In this document: one piece after another, positions 19,701 through 27,813 of the stretch | Position numbering within the stretch: position 1 is the first letter of the stretch | Layout of the letters: every line of letters begins with the position of its first letter | Assembly: GCA_964373795.1 (NCBI GenBank) | Contig: CAYJVY010000005.1 | Coordinates: 23,846 to 55,845, forward strand | Direction of reading: 5' to 3' | Source: an uncultured archaeon | GTDB taxonomy: Archaea > Iainarchaeota > Iainarchaeia > Iainarchaeales > DATDZZ01 | DNA length: 32,000 nt | The notes under the pieces: generated by a model | What the model was told of the DNA's origin: nothing | What the model saw: the letters and a program-made list of their open reading frames with translations, nothing else | Database searches by the model: none | Position numbers and translations under genes: made by a program

Positions 19701-20761
19701 CTGGAAGATATAGAGTTGAATTAATGGGTTACTTTAAAGATAAATGGGAATTCTTTGATTCTCAAGGAAAACCAAATGCATTAATGATTGTATCATTTTA
19801 CAGGTTAAACGATCCACAACCAAACTCTCCATTCTATTCCATGCCAATAGATGGATTAGTGGGATTAGATGGAACAAGTCTTGAAAGACAAGGATATGGA
19901 ACTCAATTCTTAAACAAAAGCGATCAAATAGCTTTCAATAAAACTCTTGCAACTCAAGCAGCTAAAACTTATGCAGATGCTGGAAGCAATGCAATTGCAA
20001 GGGTTTCAACTCAGGTTGGCGCGGATTACAGAAAACTAAACTCTGATTTAGGTTTTAGAGGAAATTTATTAAACATTATTAGAAGTCCAAGCGGAGAAAT
20101 GGAATTAGATTATTCTCCAAATTATGCTACTCCAGTAATATTGAAAATGAGTCATGCAATTGATCCAAATAAATTCGGAGCATACTATGTATTAGAGGAT
20201 TCAAGAAAAGGAGGAGTAGAAGTAGGAGGAACACTAAATTACTGGCAAGGATTAGGAGCATGCATTGACTTTTCAGGCAAACCAGTATTTGAAGCATTTG
20301 ATTTTGCTCCTGATAGATCTGCAAAAGCTGAAGACAGAATTCCAAACTGGGAACAATCTTATACAACTCAATGGAATGAATCAATTAAGGAAGGAGATGT
20401 TTATTTAAGAACAGAGTTTTACACTCCTATTGGCTCTACTGCAACTCTAAGATTAATTCATCCAACAACTAATGCAAAATTCATTTCCTCTAACACAAAC
20501 GATAAAGGCGAAAGCACTGTAACACTTAACGGAATTAATGGAATGGAATTCAATAACCCAACTGCTGCAAACAGGATTTCCTCAATTCAAGACATTTTAA
20601 GTTTAGTTGAATCAGGAAATGTATGTGTAACAAATAATGGCTTGCAATCAAGGTATTGGTGGAATCCAAAAAAATTATTCAACCAAGGACAAACAAAACT
20701 AGAAGTAATTGCTACAGGACTTGGAAGAGATTCAAATGCTCAATATAGATGCATTGGGTAA
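13727..20761 (+). CDS. Giant membrane-anchored surface-type protein, paralog 3 (2344 aa)
   Basis: Uninterrupted 7.0-kb ORF starting 44 nt after giant 2. N-terminal anchor VIALALILIVVIIAGYFFF (nt 13760-13816), CarboxypepD_reg-like repeats, and collinear conserved blocks shared with paralogs 2 and 4. Confidence 0.95.
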   Translation: MGLTDVFQGKKVIALALILIVVIIAGYFFFSGGLGGGEKGSITLKFLEDEKPLKGVKVSVTFEGEKKSFTSNEKGEVIITDILLGTRIKAEAELEGFQKILRELEVKQADLKLEVQMPSTEIKRTQIIKLVQGEDESLLTKKATYSLSCTNSEGKVEPSTGSVSDGVIKAVSTEKCGSILLQASADGFISVQSFEVKNASEKVLLKEVEVSTGKIKVTVKDDEQKSLDGIRIQVFNESGVEKFTESSVQGLKVIPEVQTGEYYVSVSDSKDVFGTQKSVVKRVNKNQETLFEFVLSKSIKGKINVKAIDDSTKAELSNVKIQLFKKGENTPISDDSTKAGEKVSFSITEKGLYIVRGLLEGFLYGEEEVDLSEGEKDITLKLVKATPENSGKIVVSIKDEDNKPIESAEVFVFDGVTDFLYPFESKLSDANGETRFSGLKEGTYFMKAVKGNLEAISSKKKIDIRKEFPFEIKMQRGNGTLSIEVVDLDNKSIPNARIQLHLVGETDIKEALGNPEGKSEISLKGDSRVYVRVSAEGFAAFFSQAVPIEAGEEAKIKAVLEKTIPGRDPKIKLLGIFVDESSQIEITELKPGTNYIARLQVKIPENADYRKVGIHFRTGKLPLMEQDNILIKEVIAPNADVRKGTTFNPPLGQAIDLKNISFAEAKWANVVLRDVEKGVYNIAVSLRVKTQVVQGDDLPFYYRVWAETPSKEFLRDPIDSELGNARSTSTKEELYAEAYSKRQSAGLPSVCDETFCYSGERILDLEDKKFKLVPYDVSVFGVHKFFFEITNNSETVHDRAEIRIKNFVEGKLVDDALELIDYKIVNADAKEFKSSGISLNKLPEIELGSYTRNKTVKGEITFIPKKVGRTNLQLEIVSGIRVGSDVGGSKVFEKIIPINVLANKKLKLELKPSILPSFIDNKVEVKVTDEESITLKNVKLRVSKITPANVRIKIGEFYSNANGNAFFTLPSSSPGSKFIVESELTGFESQKTEVKIASEIVAFDPLPPNPLKLELQTIGIDEDTATIKATNLIDAPLKLKKAFVSGYFKSYLDEAAMNRFLQGFVETTELKKDEEQNLSLLKAKLVNALQLFEPDKVKGEINLVFESVKLGKTWAFSIPFEVSVEIGKGPSADNCLVLEPVPLSSIPKWNSVTQGERIANEFILYNSCKINGKPVEVRNLKAGIEWKGNKIGDVQLTLTDQEEHTAVPPETLREGEFTNPFIEIVKALQKGSSGPQYTGILYFTPKAGHEGEDTSFTVKIRAEIGTNQGPKEISTTQDITGNIKVINLKDCLELTPTPEEGLKIPATSLEGEGFFEIDSTKCGPATIQISICRGDDGCRGNPQIKEGGLRVEPKTFNLSKSKQKQKIKLKKEEGIPGIYGVTIFASPGGSNFVPVKTLDVLIEPNLDEHYFWLDKYEFSVIGREGKDSTALFNTQYKENVSVEAKRKYHGQAAGNNATKAFWTGAIAGVGTGAATVGALIAAEATVPVIGWTAAIVTIVVWAAVSFLTYQKNKDKANELITKNFEDYVIELTSDRRDVLIEGLDNKIKAEWNTKYNNVFSDSRTGKVTQINALKFLNDGNLSKPQLSYGILNVKAIEHIHGDPTHKAARVLCGNSDFWHFNIPSSCSGARDELVSKKFHVRFKTQEEPEPLPELNFETFECKAGALRGVTGKGANPKIKLDWDWDKIKVDSCDANNPETFYCDSTQFSISLVKRLNKLKEFFERNQGVFECPPSISDAYDKANNQESSNVVKKDFIGISKLETKFYSIENDANAIVFLDNKTTSDQSIDLTVNLKTLDNEVIKDVCEKKAIALKPGTNKVGCEFKAIQKGNYFIEALITNSSTQNLDPFEPTISIIVQDEPLTSTVNSTCKVIKTTEDLQGSPIIMAFIEAQEKAGKKVEYSTDTPTEDWINNKEELLNTIKFDAFLMKDGYSSDFRKDFIRFYTTQALPKAPDYFDNTTAGKGRFKDFFEDNEKLVFTQKFFERNSTLDSPGRYRVELMGYFKDKWEFFDSQGKPNALMIVSFYRLNDPQPNSPFYSMPIDGLVGLDGTSLERQGYGTQFLNKSDQIAFNKTLATQAAKTYADAGSNAIARVSTQVGADYRKLNSDLGFRGNLLNIIRSPSGEMELDYSPNYATPVILKMSHAIDPNKFGAYYVLEDSRKGGVEVGGTLNYWQGLGACIDFSGKPVFEAFDFAPDRSAKAEDRIPNWEQSYTTQWNESIKEGDVYLRTEFYTPIGSTATLRLIHPTTNAKFISSNTNDKGESTVTLNGINGMEFNNPTAANRISSIQDILSLVESGNVCVTNNGLQSRYWWNPKKLFNQGQTKLEVIATGLGRDSNAQYRCIG
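13844..15405 (+). other. CarboxypepD_reg-like repeat array in giant 3
   Basis: Example repeat units: GKIKVTVKDDEQKSLDGIRIQVF...QTGEYYVSVSD; GKIVVSIKDEDNKPIESAEVFVFD...ANGETRFSGLKEGTYFMKAV; GTLSIEVVDLDNKSIPNARIQLH. Confidence 0.65.
18104..18253 (+). other. Mid-protein transmembrane hairpin of giant 3
   Basis: AFWTGAIAGVGTGAATVGALIAAEATVPVIGWTAAIVTIVVWAAVSFLTY is two adjacent hydrophobic helices with a short turn, followed by a basic QKNKDK. Confidence 0.6.
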
Positions 20762-20783
20762 GAAATTAATGAGTGAAAACTAA

Positions 20784-23700
20784 ATGCCTTTAAACGAAGA
20801 ATCTTTCATGGCTCCAGCTCCGGAAAATAAGTTACTTGAATTATTGAAAGAAAAAAAAATACTGATTGCAGGAGTAATAGCTGTAATTGTTTTAATTGCA
20901 GTAGCTTATTTTTTTGTCTTGCCTTTGCTTTCACAAAAAAATTCAAATGTAATTCTTTCATTAAAAGATCAAGAAGGAACAATTCTTCCTTCAACAACTG
21001 TTTCAATTAAAGTTAATGAAACTGTAAAAAATTTTTCAAGCGATTTAAAAGGATTAATTCCTTTAACTGTTCCATTGAATGCAAAAATAAGTGTTTCAGC
21101 TGAATTAGATGGATTTGAAAAAGTTAATCAAAGTTTGACTGCAAGCAATGCAGAAATGAGTAAAACAATTACTTTTTACAAGATTTCAAAGCTTTTAAGT
21201 AAAACAATTGTTTTACAAAACCTTGCAGGAGAAATGATTAACAAGGAAGGGAAAATAAATTTTTCTTGCTCTAATTCAAAAATCACTGCACCTCAACCAA
21301 TTGACACAACAACAAGTGGAGCAATTAGGGTTACGCCTCCAGAAGGATGTGGGGATTTAATTGCAGAAGTAATAGTGAAAGGATTTGCTTCAAAGGATTC
21401 AGTGAAAATAGTTAATGCAACTGAAGTAATAGAGTTAAGCGCTGAAAAACCTAAAACAGGAACTATAAAAATTTCAGTTAAAAACAAGGCTTCAGAAGCA
21501 TTAAATGGAATTACTGTAAAACTTTTTGCAGACAGCGGAGTAATTAATTCAGTTATTTCAAACACAGGAATAGCAGAATTTAATGAAGTAGAAGTAGGAG
21601 AATACTTTGTTTTAACTGAATCAAATCCAGATTATGTTAGCGGGCGAACAGAAAAATTTCAAGTAAAAGAAAACGAAGTAACTGAAAAAAACTTAGTGTT
21701 AGAAAAAGAAAGAACTGCAACACTAGAATTTGAAGTAACAGATAAAAACAGTCAAGCAAAAATTTCAAACGCAAAAGTCAGAATTGAATTGCAAGAAAAA
21801 AAGTTTTTGGAAGAAAAAAATTCTGACAAAGACGGAAAAGTTGTATTCACTTTATTTGATGTAGGAAAATTTAAAGTAACTGTATTACATGAAGAATTTT
21901 TATTTGATGAAAAAGAAATTCAAGTCAACAAAGGCGAGAATAAGGAAAAAATTTCTTTAGAAAAGCTTTCCCCTGAAAACAGTGGAAGAGTCTTAGTTAC
22001 AGTTAAAGATGAAGACAATGAAGTAGTGGAAAACGCTAGAGTAAATATTCTTGATGCGAAAACAAAGTTTTTGTATCCCTTGCCTAAGGTGTATTTCACT
22101 AATGCAGAAGGAAAAGTAGAGTTTTCAGGAGTAAAAGAAGGAAAATATTTTGTAAGAGTTTCAAAAGCAAGAACTGAAGCTGACTCAAAAGCATTAAATG
22201 TAAGCAAAAGAGGAATAACAGAATATGAAATAAAAATGGTTATAGGAGAAGGAGTTGTAAGCATTAAAGCAGTTGATGCAGATAAAGCTCCAGTGCCAAA
22301 TGCTTCAGCTGAATTCTTTGATGAAAAAGGAAAATCTTTAGGAAAAATTGATTTAGGCCCAGAAGCTGAAAGAGATTTCACTACTAAAGCGGATAAAAAA
22401 GTTTTCATTCGAGTTTCTGCTTCAGGATATAGTAGTTATGTAACTTTATTACATGAAGTAATTCAAAACAGAAAAATAAATGTTTTAGCTCAGTTAGAGA
22501 AAACAATTCAAGGAACAAAACCTTCAATTGATTTTATAGGATTATTTAATTCAACTGATTCAGATAAAAGAATTGAAAAACTTGAAGCAGGAAATGCTTA
22601 TATTGCAAAATTCCAGTTAAAGATTCCAAAAGGATTAAAGCTAAAAAATGCAGGAGTCTTTGTTAAAACAGGCGAGGATTCATTAGTTCAAAACGATAAT
22701 ATTTTCATTAAAGCAATTAATGCTCCAAACTCTTCAAAGATTAGGGGAACAACTTTTAACGAGCCAAAAGGATATGCAATTGATTCACAAAACTTAACTT
22801 CAGAAAACGCTAAATGGGTTCAAATAATTTTGCAAGACCCTGAAGAAGGAATTTACAATATTGCAGTAGAATTAAGTGTAAAAATTAGAACTGTTCCAGG
22901 GGAAAGACTTTCAATTAATTACAGAGCATTTGCTGAAAACGATGCAAGAGAAACTTTAAGAGATCCTGAAGACAAAGAATTAGGTTTAGCGGAAAACTCT
23001 GCAAACAAAGAAGGCTTGTATGCTAATGCAACTATTTTAACTTATTTAGAAGGACAAAAAGAGGAATGCACTGAAGAATTTTGTTACGGAGGAGTAACAT
23101 TAGAGGAATCAGTTTCAAGGCTTACTTTAAGACAACAGCCATTTGAAGTATTTGTTTTTTCAGAAAACAAATTATTTTTCTATTTAATAAATAATTCTGC
23201 AAAAGATTATTTAGATCCAGAAATCAGGTTTAAAAGTTTGGATAAAGCAATTAAAATTACTTCATATAAAATAACTGATGCTTCTGCAAAACAAGTAAGC
23301 AAAAACAATCAAGAATTATTTGAATTCAATGAAAAACTTGGAAACTTTTCCAAAAACAGAGCAATTAAAGGAGAAATTGATTTACAAGCACTTGACCCCG
23401 AAGAAAAAGAATTAAAGCTTCAAATAGTGAACAAAGGAAACATTGTTTTTGAAAGAGAAATAAAATTTAATGCAAAAGTTTCAAACAAATTAACTATTAA
23501 ATCATCTCCAACATTTTTGCCTGCATTCAAGAAAAATGTTTTAAACGTTGAATTAATTGATGAACAAGAATTAGGTTTAAGTAATACTAAAGTGAAATTC
23601 AAATTAATTTCTCCTGAAAGAATTGAAAGATTCATTGGAAGTGAGTTAACAGACGGATTAGGAAAAGCTGTATTCAAAATAGGAAATTTAAGTCCTCAAT

Positions 23701-26700
23701 CAAAACTCAAAATCGAAGTAGAAAAAGCAGGATATCAATTCACTCCAGTACTAGTTCCAGTGGAATTAGATTTAGTTGACATTACTCCTTCAGAGGTAAG
23801 CTTGGCTTTAGAGTCTTTAGGAATGAGAAGAAAAGAAAAAACAGTTGAAGCATTAAACAAAATTGATTTACCTTTACAAATAACTGATGCAAGACTAATA
23901 GGAGTGTTTAGGCAAGTAGATGTAACTGCAATGGAAGGACATTTGAAAAACAATGTAGTAGGAAAAATTCTCTCTCCAGGAATTCCAGAAAAAATCAAGC
24001 CATTAATTGAAGTAAGCATTTCAGAAGGATTACAAGAAGACTTAGAATCAGCTTCCTATGTTGGAGAAATTTTGTTAGTGTTTTCAAATAAAACAATTGG
24101 AAAGCAATGGCTGAAAAGAATTCCATTCAAATTAGATTTAGGTTTAGGAGGAGAAATAAATAATGCTCCATGTATTTTCTTTGATACTTCAGAAAAAATT
24201 GAAAAAACTATTTTACAGTCAAGCTTTGAAGAAAAATTCACTATAGTTAATAGATGTAAAAACACTGCAGGAAACAGTAAACTGCAAAACTTGAAAGCAA
24301 AAATTAATTGGACTGGAAAAGACGGGCCAATAGGAATAGTTTCATTAGAAGTAACTGAAACTGCAACTCAAAACAAGGTATTCAATCCATTAATTGAAGG
24401 AGAAGAAATAATTTTTGCAGCTCCGTTTAGAAATGAAAGTGGATTAGATAGTTCAAGTTATTCAGCTATTTTAAGTTTCACTCCAAATGAAGACACAATA
24501 AATAAAAAAGCAGAATTTCAAGTAGAGTTTTTCGGAGAAGCTTTAACAGATCAAGGAAAAGAAATTATTAGATCAAAGCCAACTCCTTTAACAGTAAAGT
24601 TATTGAATACTAATTTACAGAACTGCATTAAATTTGATACAGAAGAACAAAGAGGAAGAGTTTTATTAAAACCAGATGCAAATGAAGCAATCTTTAAAGT
24701 CGATTCAAGTGAATGTAAAAACGTGGAATTAGAGTTAAAGATTTGTGGAGGAGACTCAGATAAATGCAGAGGAAACGCAGTAGATGGAGGAATAAAAGTT
24801 GCTCCATGGAGTTATGGAAAAATTTTAGAAAAAGAAGTTTCATTCAAGGTTTCCAGGCCAACAGTAGAATTTGTTCCAGGAATTTATGGAATTGAAGTAT
24901 TTGCAAGACCTGTGCAAAAATCTGGCGGCACTCCTCCATGGCAATTAATAGGAGTAATTGATGCAATTCTTGATGTAAAAAAAGAAGATACAGATAAATA
25001 CCTGAATTTAGAAAAATATGAATTCACTTTAGTTAATCCAACGAAAAAAGATGAAACAGCTTTATTCAATGAAAGATTAATGGAAAATGTTGATGTAACA
25101 GCTGATTACTGTGCATGGGATAAAGCAAAAAGATATGCAAACACTTTTGTAAAAATAGGAGAATGGTTTGATGAATTAAACGAATCTCCTACTGGATGGA
25201 TAATGTTTATTGCAGAAATAGGAATCGCAGCAATAGTAATCGATGTAGTTCTAGATTTATTAGATCAAATATTTGGAACTGATTGGGCTGACGGGTTTTC
25301 AAAAATCTTAGGAAAACTAGAAATATTAGATGACTGTGAAGACAGAGATCACACTGGAACACTTCAAGACTATGTATTAAATTTAGTGGAAAATGGAGGA
25401 AGTACAAAACTTGTTTCATTAGAGGGAAGAGTTAAATCAAAACCAGTTATAGGTCCAGCAGGAGAAGCAAGAATTTCAAGGCCAAATGATTTTCCATTAG
25501 AAAAACTTGGAATTGAATTGGAAAATAAATCTCTTGAAGAAGGATTAATTCATTACGATATTTTGGAAATAAGTGGAACAGAGCATGTAAGAGGAGCAAG
25601 GCCTTACAGTGGCGGTGCACATTTAAAGTGCAGAGATGGATTTGGTCCATTCAATGTTAGAGGAGCTTGTGGAGGTTATTCTACTCGCACTAAAACAGAA
25701 AAATTTCATGTAAGAATTAACACTATTTCTCCTACTCCAAAATTAAGAGAAATTAGATTAAATGAAATTTCTTGTATTGGAGATGGAAAACAAGGAAAAA
25801 CAGGAAAAGATGCTCTTCCAAAAGTAAAGTTAAACTGGAGCTGGGATGAAAAAACTCAAAACGGAATTTCAATTAATGAATGCGATGCAAACAATGAAAA
25901 AGCAGTTTACTGTGATGCAACTCAGTTTTCAATAATGTTTGCAAAAAGATTGAATGCAATAAGTGATTTTTTAGAGAAAAACAAAAATAATTTAACTTGC
26001 CCTACAGACAGTACTTCAAAAACTGAGGAAAAAAATAATTCAAAAAAAGAGTCAAAACCAGTATTTTTAACTAAAGAAAAATTCGGGGCAACAGAATTTG
26101 AAACAATCTTTAAAGGAGTGGAAAACAATTTAATTGTAAGAGTAAAATATGAAAACGATTTAAAACAAAAAATTGATTTAAATGCAGTTATAACTTTAAA
26201 CAAATTAATTATTGAAGCAGGAGAAGAAAGAGAAGTAAGCAAGTGTAAAAAAGATTTAAGCGTTAACTCAAAAGACTTTGGAGTAATTGAATGCCAATTC
26301 AATGACTTAGCAAAAGATGAATACTTTGTATCTCTTTCAACTGAATCGCAAAACAAAGCTGATTTAGATGATTGGAATCCAAAAGAAAACATAATTGTAA
26401 TAAGCGAGCCAACTAGATTGCAGGGATGCTGGCTTCCAAAAACAACTGCTCCTTTAGGAGGCGAACCAACTTTAATAAAATTCTTGGAAAACTCTTCAAA
26501 CATTACTTATACTGCAGACATTAATTCAAAAGAACAATTAACTAACATGCTTCACTTTAATGCATTGCTAATGAGGGATGGCTTTTCAAGTGATTTCAGA
26601 CAAGATTTTGTAAATTATTATAAAAACCAGTCTTTCATGAATGCCTATCCATGGTTTTTCAATAATACTGGTGGAAGAAATATTGAAAAATATTTTTCAG

Positions 26701-27806
26701 ATCAAGATAGAATGAGGTTTTCAAGAAAATACACTCCTTCAAATAAATTAGACAAGCCAGGAATTTATGAAATTCAAATAAGCATATTATTTGACAATGA
26801 ATGGAGTTTATTTACTAATTCAGGTAATCCAAATGCAAGAATTGGGGTTACATTTAATCACTTACAGTTACCAAAACCTAATTCAGTGCTTTACTCAATG
26901 CCTTTAAATGGATTTGTTGGAAAAGAAGGCCAAACATTGAATAGACAAGGATATGGAACTCAATTTGATGTAGTGCAAGATGAAGTAAAATTATCTGAAG
27001 GATTTGAAATAGTGAAAACCTTGAAAGATTCTTCTAGTAGTGCGTTAACAAAAGTTAAAGTGGAAAGGAAAAACGATTTACAGTCTTTAAACACTAATCC
27101 AAAGTTTAGAGGAAACTTGTTAACAATAAATAAAGTAAATGAAAACGTGAATGAATTGCTTTTCTCTCCAAATTATGCTACTCCTGTTTTAATGAAGTTT
27201 AATCAAGACAAAACTGAAAAGCCTTTCACAATGCATTACGGAGTAACAGAAGGAACTCAATTAGTTAACACTGGAGCAAATTTAACTTACTGGAATGCAG
27301 CAGTTAACTGCTTTGACTTTGGAGGAGAACCTTTAGTGAAAAGATTCAAAGTTGCTCCTGACAGAGCTTCAAAACCAGAAGATGGATTGCCAAACCATGA
27401 AAACATTTATGCATTGCAATGGTTGAAAGCAGTTAAAGGAGGAAATATTTTCTTGCAAACAATTTACTTTGTTCCAACAATAGGAAATTATAATTTAAAA
27501 GCAGTTTCACCTCTTTCAAATATTTTATTTTACTCTCCAGAAAAACCTACTGGCTCGCAAACAATTGAGTTAAGCGGAATTAGTGGAATGAATTTAAACA
27601 GTAAAGGCAGAACAGAAGTAGTTGATTCCTTGCAAGACATTTTTTCATTAGTTGAATCAGGAGATGTATGCGTTGGAAACAATGGTGAAAGCTTTTACTG
27701 GAATTCTCAAAAGCTTTACACTTTTAAAAACCCTCAAGCAAACATTATAGATATTAATTCAATTGCATTCGAAAAAGAACAAAGAAAAGAATGCATTCTA
27801 AATTAA
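20784..27806 (+). CDS. Giant membrane-anchored surface-type protein, paralog 4 (2340 aa)
   Basis: Uninterrupted 7.0-kb ORF starting 22 nt after giant 3, with GAGTGA (Shine-Dalgarno-like) 7 nt upstream. N-terminal anchor ILIAGVIAVIVLIAVAYFFVLPLL (nt 20859-20930). It is collinear with paralog 3: about 46% identity in one 68-residue block I aligned by eye (PENSG..V.VKDEDN...FLYP...FSG.KEG.YF). Confidence 0.95.
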   Translation: MPLNEESFMAPAPENKLLELLKEKKILIAGVIAVIVLIAVAYFFVLPLLSQKNSNVILSLKDQEGTILPSTTVSIKVNETVKNFSSDLKGLIPLTVPLNAKISVSAELDGFEKVNQSLTASNAEMSKTITFYKISKLLSKTIVLQNLAGEMINKEGKINFSCSNSKITAPQPIDTTTSGAIRVTPPEGCGDLIAEVIVKGFASKDSVKIVNATEVIELSAEKPKTGTIKISVKNKASEALNGITVKLFADSGVINSVISNTGIAEFNEVEVGEYFVLTESNPDYVSGRTEKFQVKENEVTEKNLVLEKERTATLEFEVTDKNSQAKISNAKVRIELQEKKFLEEKNSDKDGKVVFTLFDVGKFKVTVLHEEFLFDEKEIQVNKGENKEKISLEKLSPENSGRVLVTVKDEDNEVVENARVNILDAKTKFLYPLPKVYFTNAEGKVEFSGVKEGKYFVRVSKARTEADSKALNVSKRGITEYEIKMVIGEGVVSIKAVDADKAPVPNASAEFFDEKGKSLGKIDLGPEAERDFTTKADKKVFIRVSASGYSSYVTLLHEVIQNRKINVLAQLEKTIQGTKPSIDFIGLFNSTDSDKRIEKLEAGNAYIAKFQLKIPKGLKLKNAGVFVKTGEDSLVQNDNIFIKAINAPNSSKIRGTTFNEPKGYAIDSQNLTSENAKWVQIILQDPEEGIYNIAVELSVKIRTVPGERLSINYRAFAENDARETLRDPEDKELGLAENSANKEGLYANATILTYLEGQKEECTEEFCYGGVTLEESVSRLTLRQQPFEVFVFSENKLFFYLINNSAKDYLDPEIRFKSLDKAIKITSYKITDASAKQVSKNNQELFEFNEKLGNFSKNRAIKGEIDLQALDPEEKELKLQIVNKGNIVFEREIKFNAKVSNKLTIKSSPTFLPAFKKNVLNVELIDEQELGLSNTKVKFKLISPERIERFIGSELTDGLGKAVFKIGNLSPQSKLKIEVEKAGYQFTPVLVPVELDLVDITPSEVSLALESLGMRRKEKTVEALNKIDLPLQITDARLIGVFRQVDVTAMEGHLKNNVVGKILSPGIPEKIKPLIEVSISEGLQEDLESASYVGEILLVFSNKTIGKQWLKRIPFKLDLGLGGEINNAPCIFFDTSEKIEKTILQSSFEEKFTIVNRCKNTAGNSKLQNLKAKINWTGKDGPIGIVSLEVTETATQNKVFNPLIEGEEIIFAAPFRNESGLDSSSYSAILSFTPNEDTINKKAEFQVEFFGEALTDQGKEIIRSKPTPLTVKLLNTNLQNCIKFDTEEQRGRVLLKPDANEAIFKVDSSECKNVELELKICGGDSDKCRGNAVDGGIKVAPWSYGKILEKEVSFKVSRPTVEFVPGIYGIEVFARPVQKSGGTPPWQLIGVIDAILDVKKEDTDKYLNLEKYEFTLVNPTKKDETALFNERLMENVDVTADYCAWDKAKRYANTFVKIGEWFDELNESPTGWIMFIAEIGIAAIVIDVVLDLLDQIFGTDWADGFSKILGKLEILDDCEDRDHTGTLQDYVLNLVENGGSTKLVSLEGRVKSKPVIGPAGEARISRPNDFPLEKLGIELENKSLEEGLIHYDILEISGTEHVRGARPYSGGAHLKCRDGFGPFNVRGACGGYSTRTKTEKFHVRINTISPTPKLREIRLNEISCIGDGKQGKTGKDALPKVKLNWSWDEKTQNGISINECDANNEKAVYCDATQFSIMFAKRLNAISDFLEKNKNNLTCPTDSTSKTEEKNNSKKESKPVFLTKEKFGATEFETIFKGVENNLIVRVKYENDLKQKIDLNAVITLNKLIIEAGEEREVSKCKKDLSVNSKDFGVIECQFNDLAKDEYFVSLSTESQNKADLDDWNPKENIIVISEPTRLQGCWLPKTTAPLGGEPTLIKFLENSSNITYTADINSKEQLTNMLHFNALLMRDGFSSDFRQDFVNYYKNQSFMNAYPWFFNNTGGRNIEKYFSDQDRMRFSRKYTPSNKLDKPGIYEIQISILFDNEWSLFTNSGNPNARIGVTFNHLQLPKPNSVLYSMPLNGFVGKEGQTLNRQGYGTQFDVVQDEVKLSEGFEIVKTLKDSSSSALTKVKVERKNDLQSLNTNPKFRGNLLTINKVNENVNELLFSPNYATPVLMKFNQDKTEKPFTMHYGVTEGTQLVNTGANLTYWNAAVNCFDFGGEPLVKRFKVAPDRASKPEDGLPNHENIYALQWLKAVKGGNIFLQTIYFVPTIGNYNLKAVSPLSNILFYSPEKPTGSQTIELSGISGMNLNSKGRTEVVDSLQDIFSLVESGDVCVGNNGESFYWNSQKLYTFKNPQANIIDINSIAFEKEQRKECILN
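20946..22493 (+). other. CarboxypepD_reg-like repeat array in giant 4
   Basis: Example repeat units: GTIKISVKNKASEALNGITVKLF...EVGEYFVLTES; GRVLVTVKDEDNEVVENARVNILD...AEGKVEFSGVKEGKYFVRVS; GVVSIKAVDADKAPVPNASAEFFD. Confidence 0.65.
25191..25277 (+). other. Mid-protein hydrophobic segment of giant 4
   Basis: TGWIMFIAEIGIAAIVIDVVLDLLDQIFG occupies the same relative position as the hairpins of giants 2 and 3. It contains charged residues, so the number of membrane passes is unclear. Confidence 0.45.
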
Positions 27807-27813
27807 ACTTTAC

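Noticed and set aside
21920-26503. Long antisense ORFs inside the giant genes (for example 21920-22408, 25922-26503, 10455-10799, 16273-16563)
   Set aside because: They lie wholly within much longer sense ORFs that show paralog conservation. Their translations are S/F/L/K-rich low-complexity strings, typical of the reverse complement of purine-rich (GAA/AAA/GGA) coding DNA. They have no start context and no recognisable motifs.
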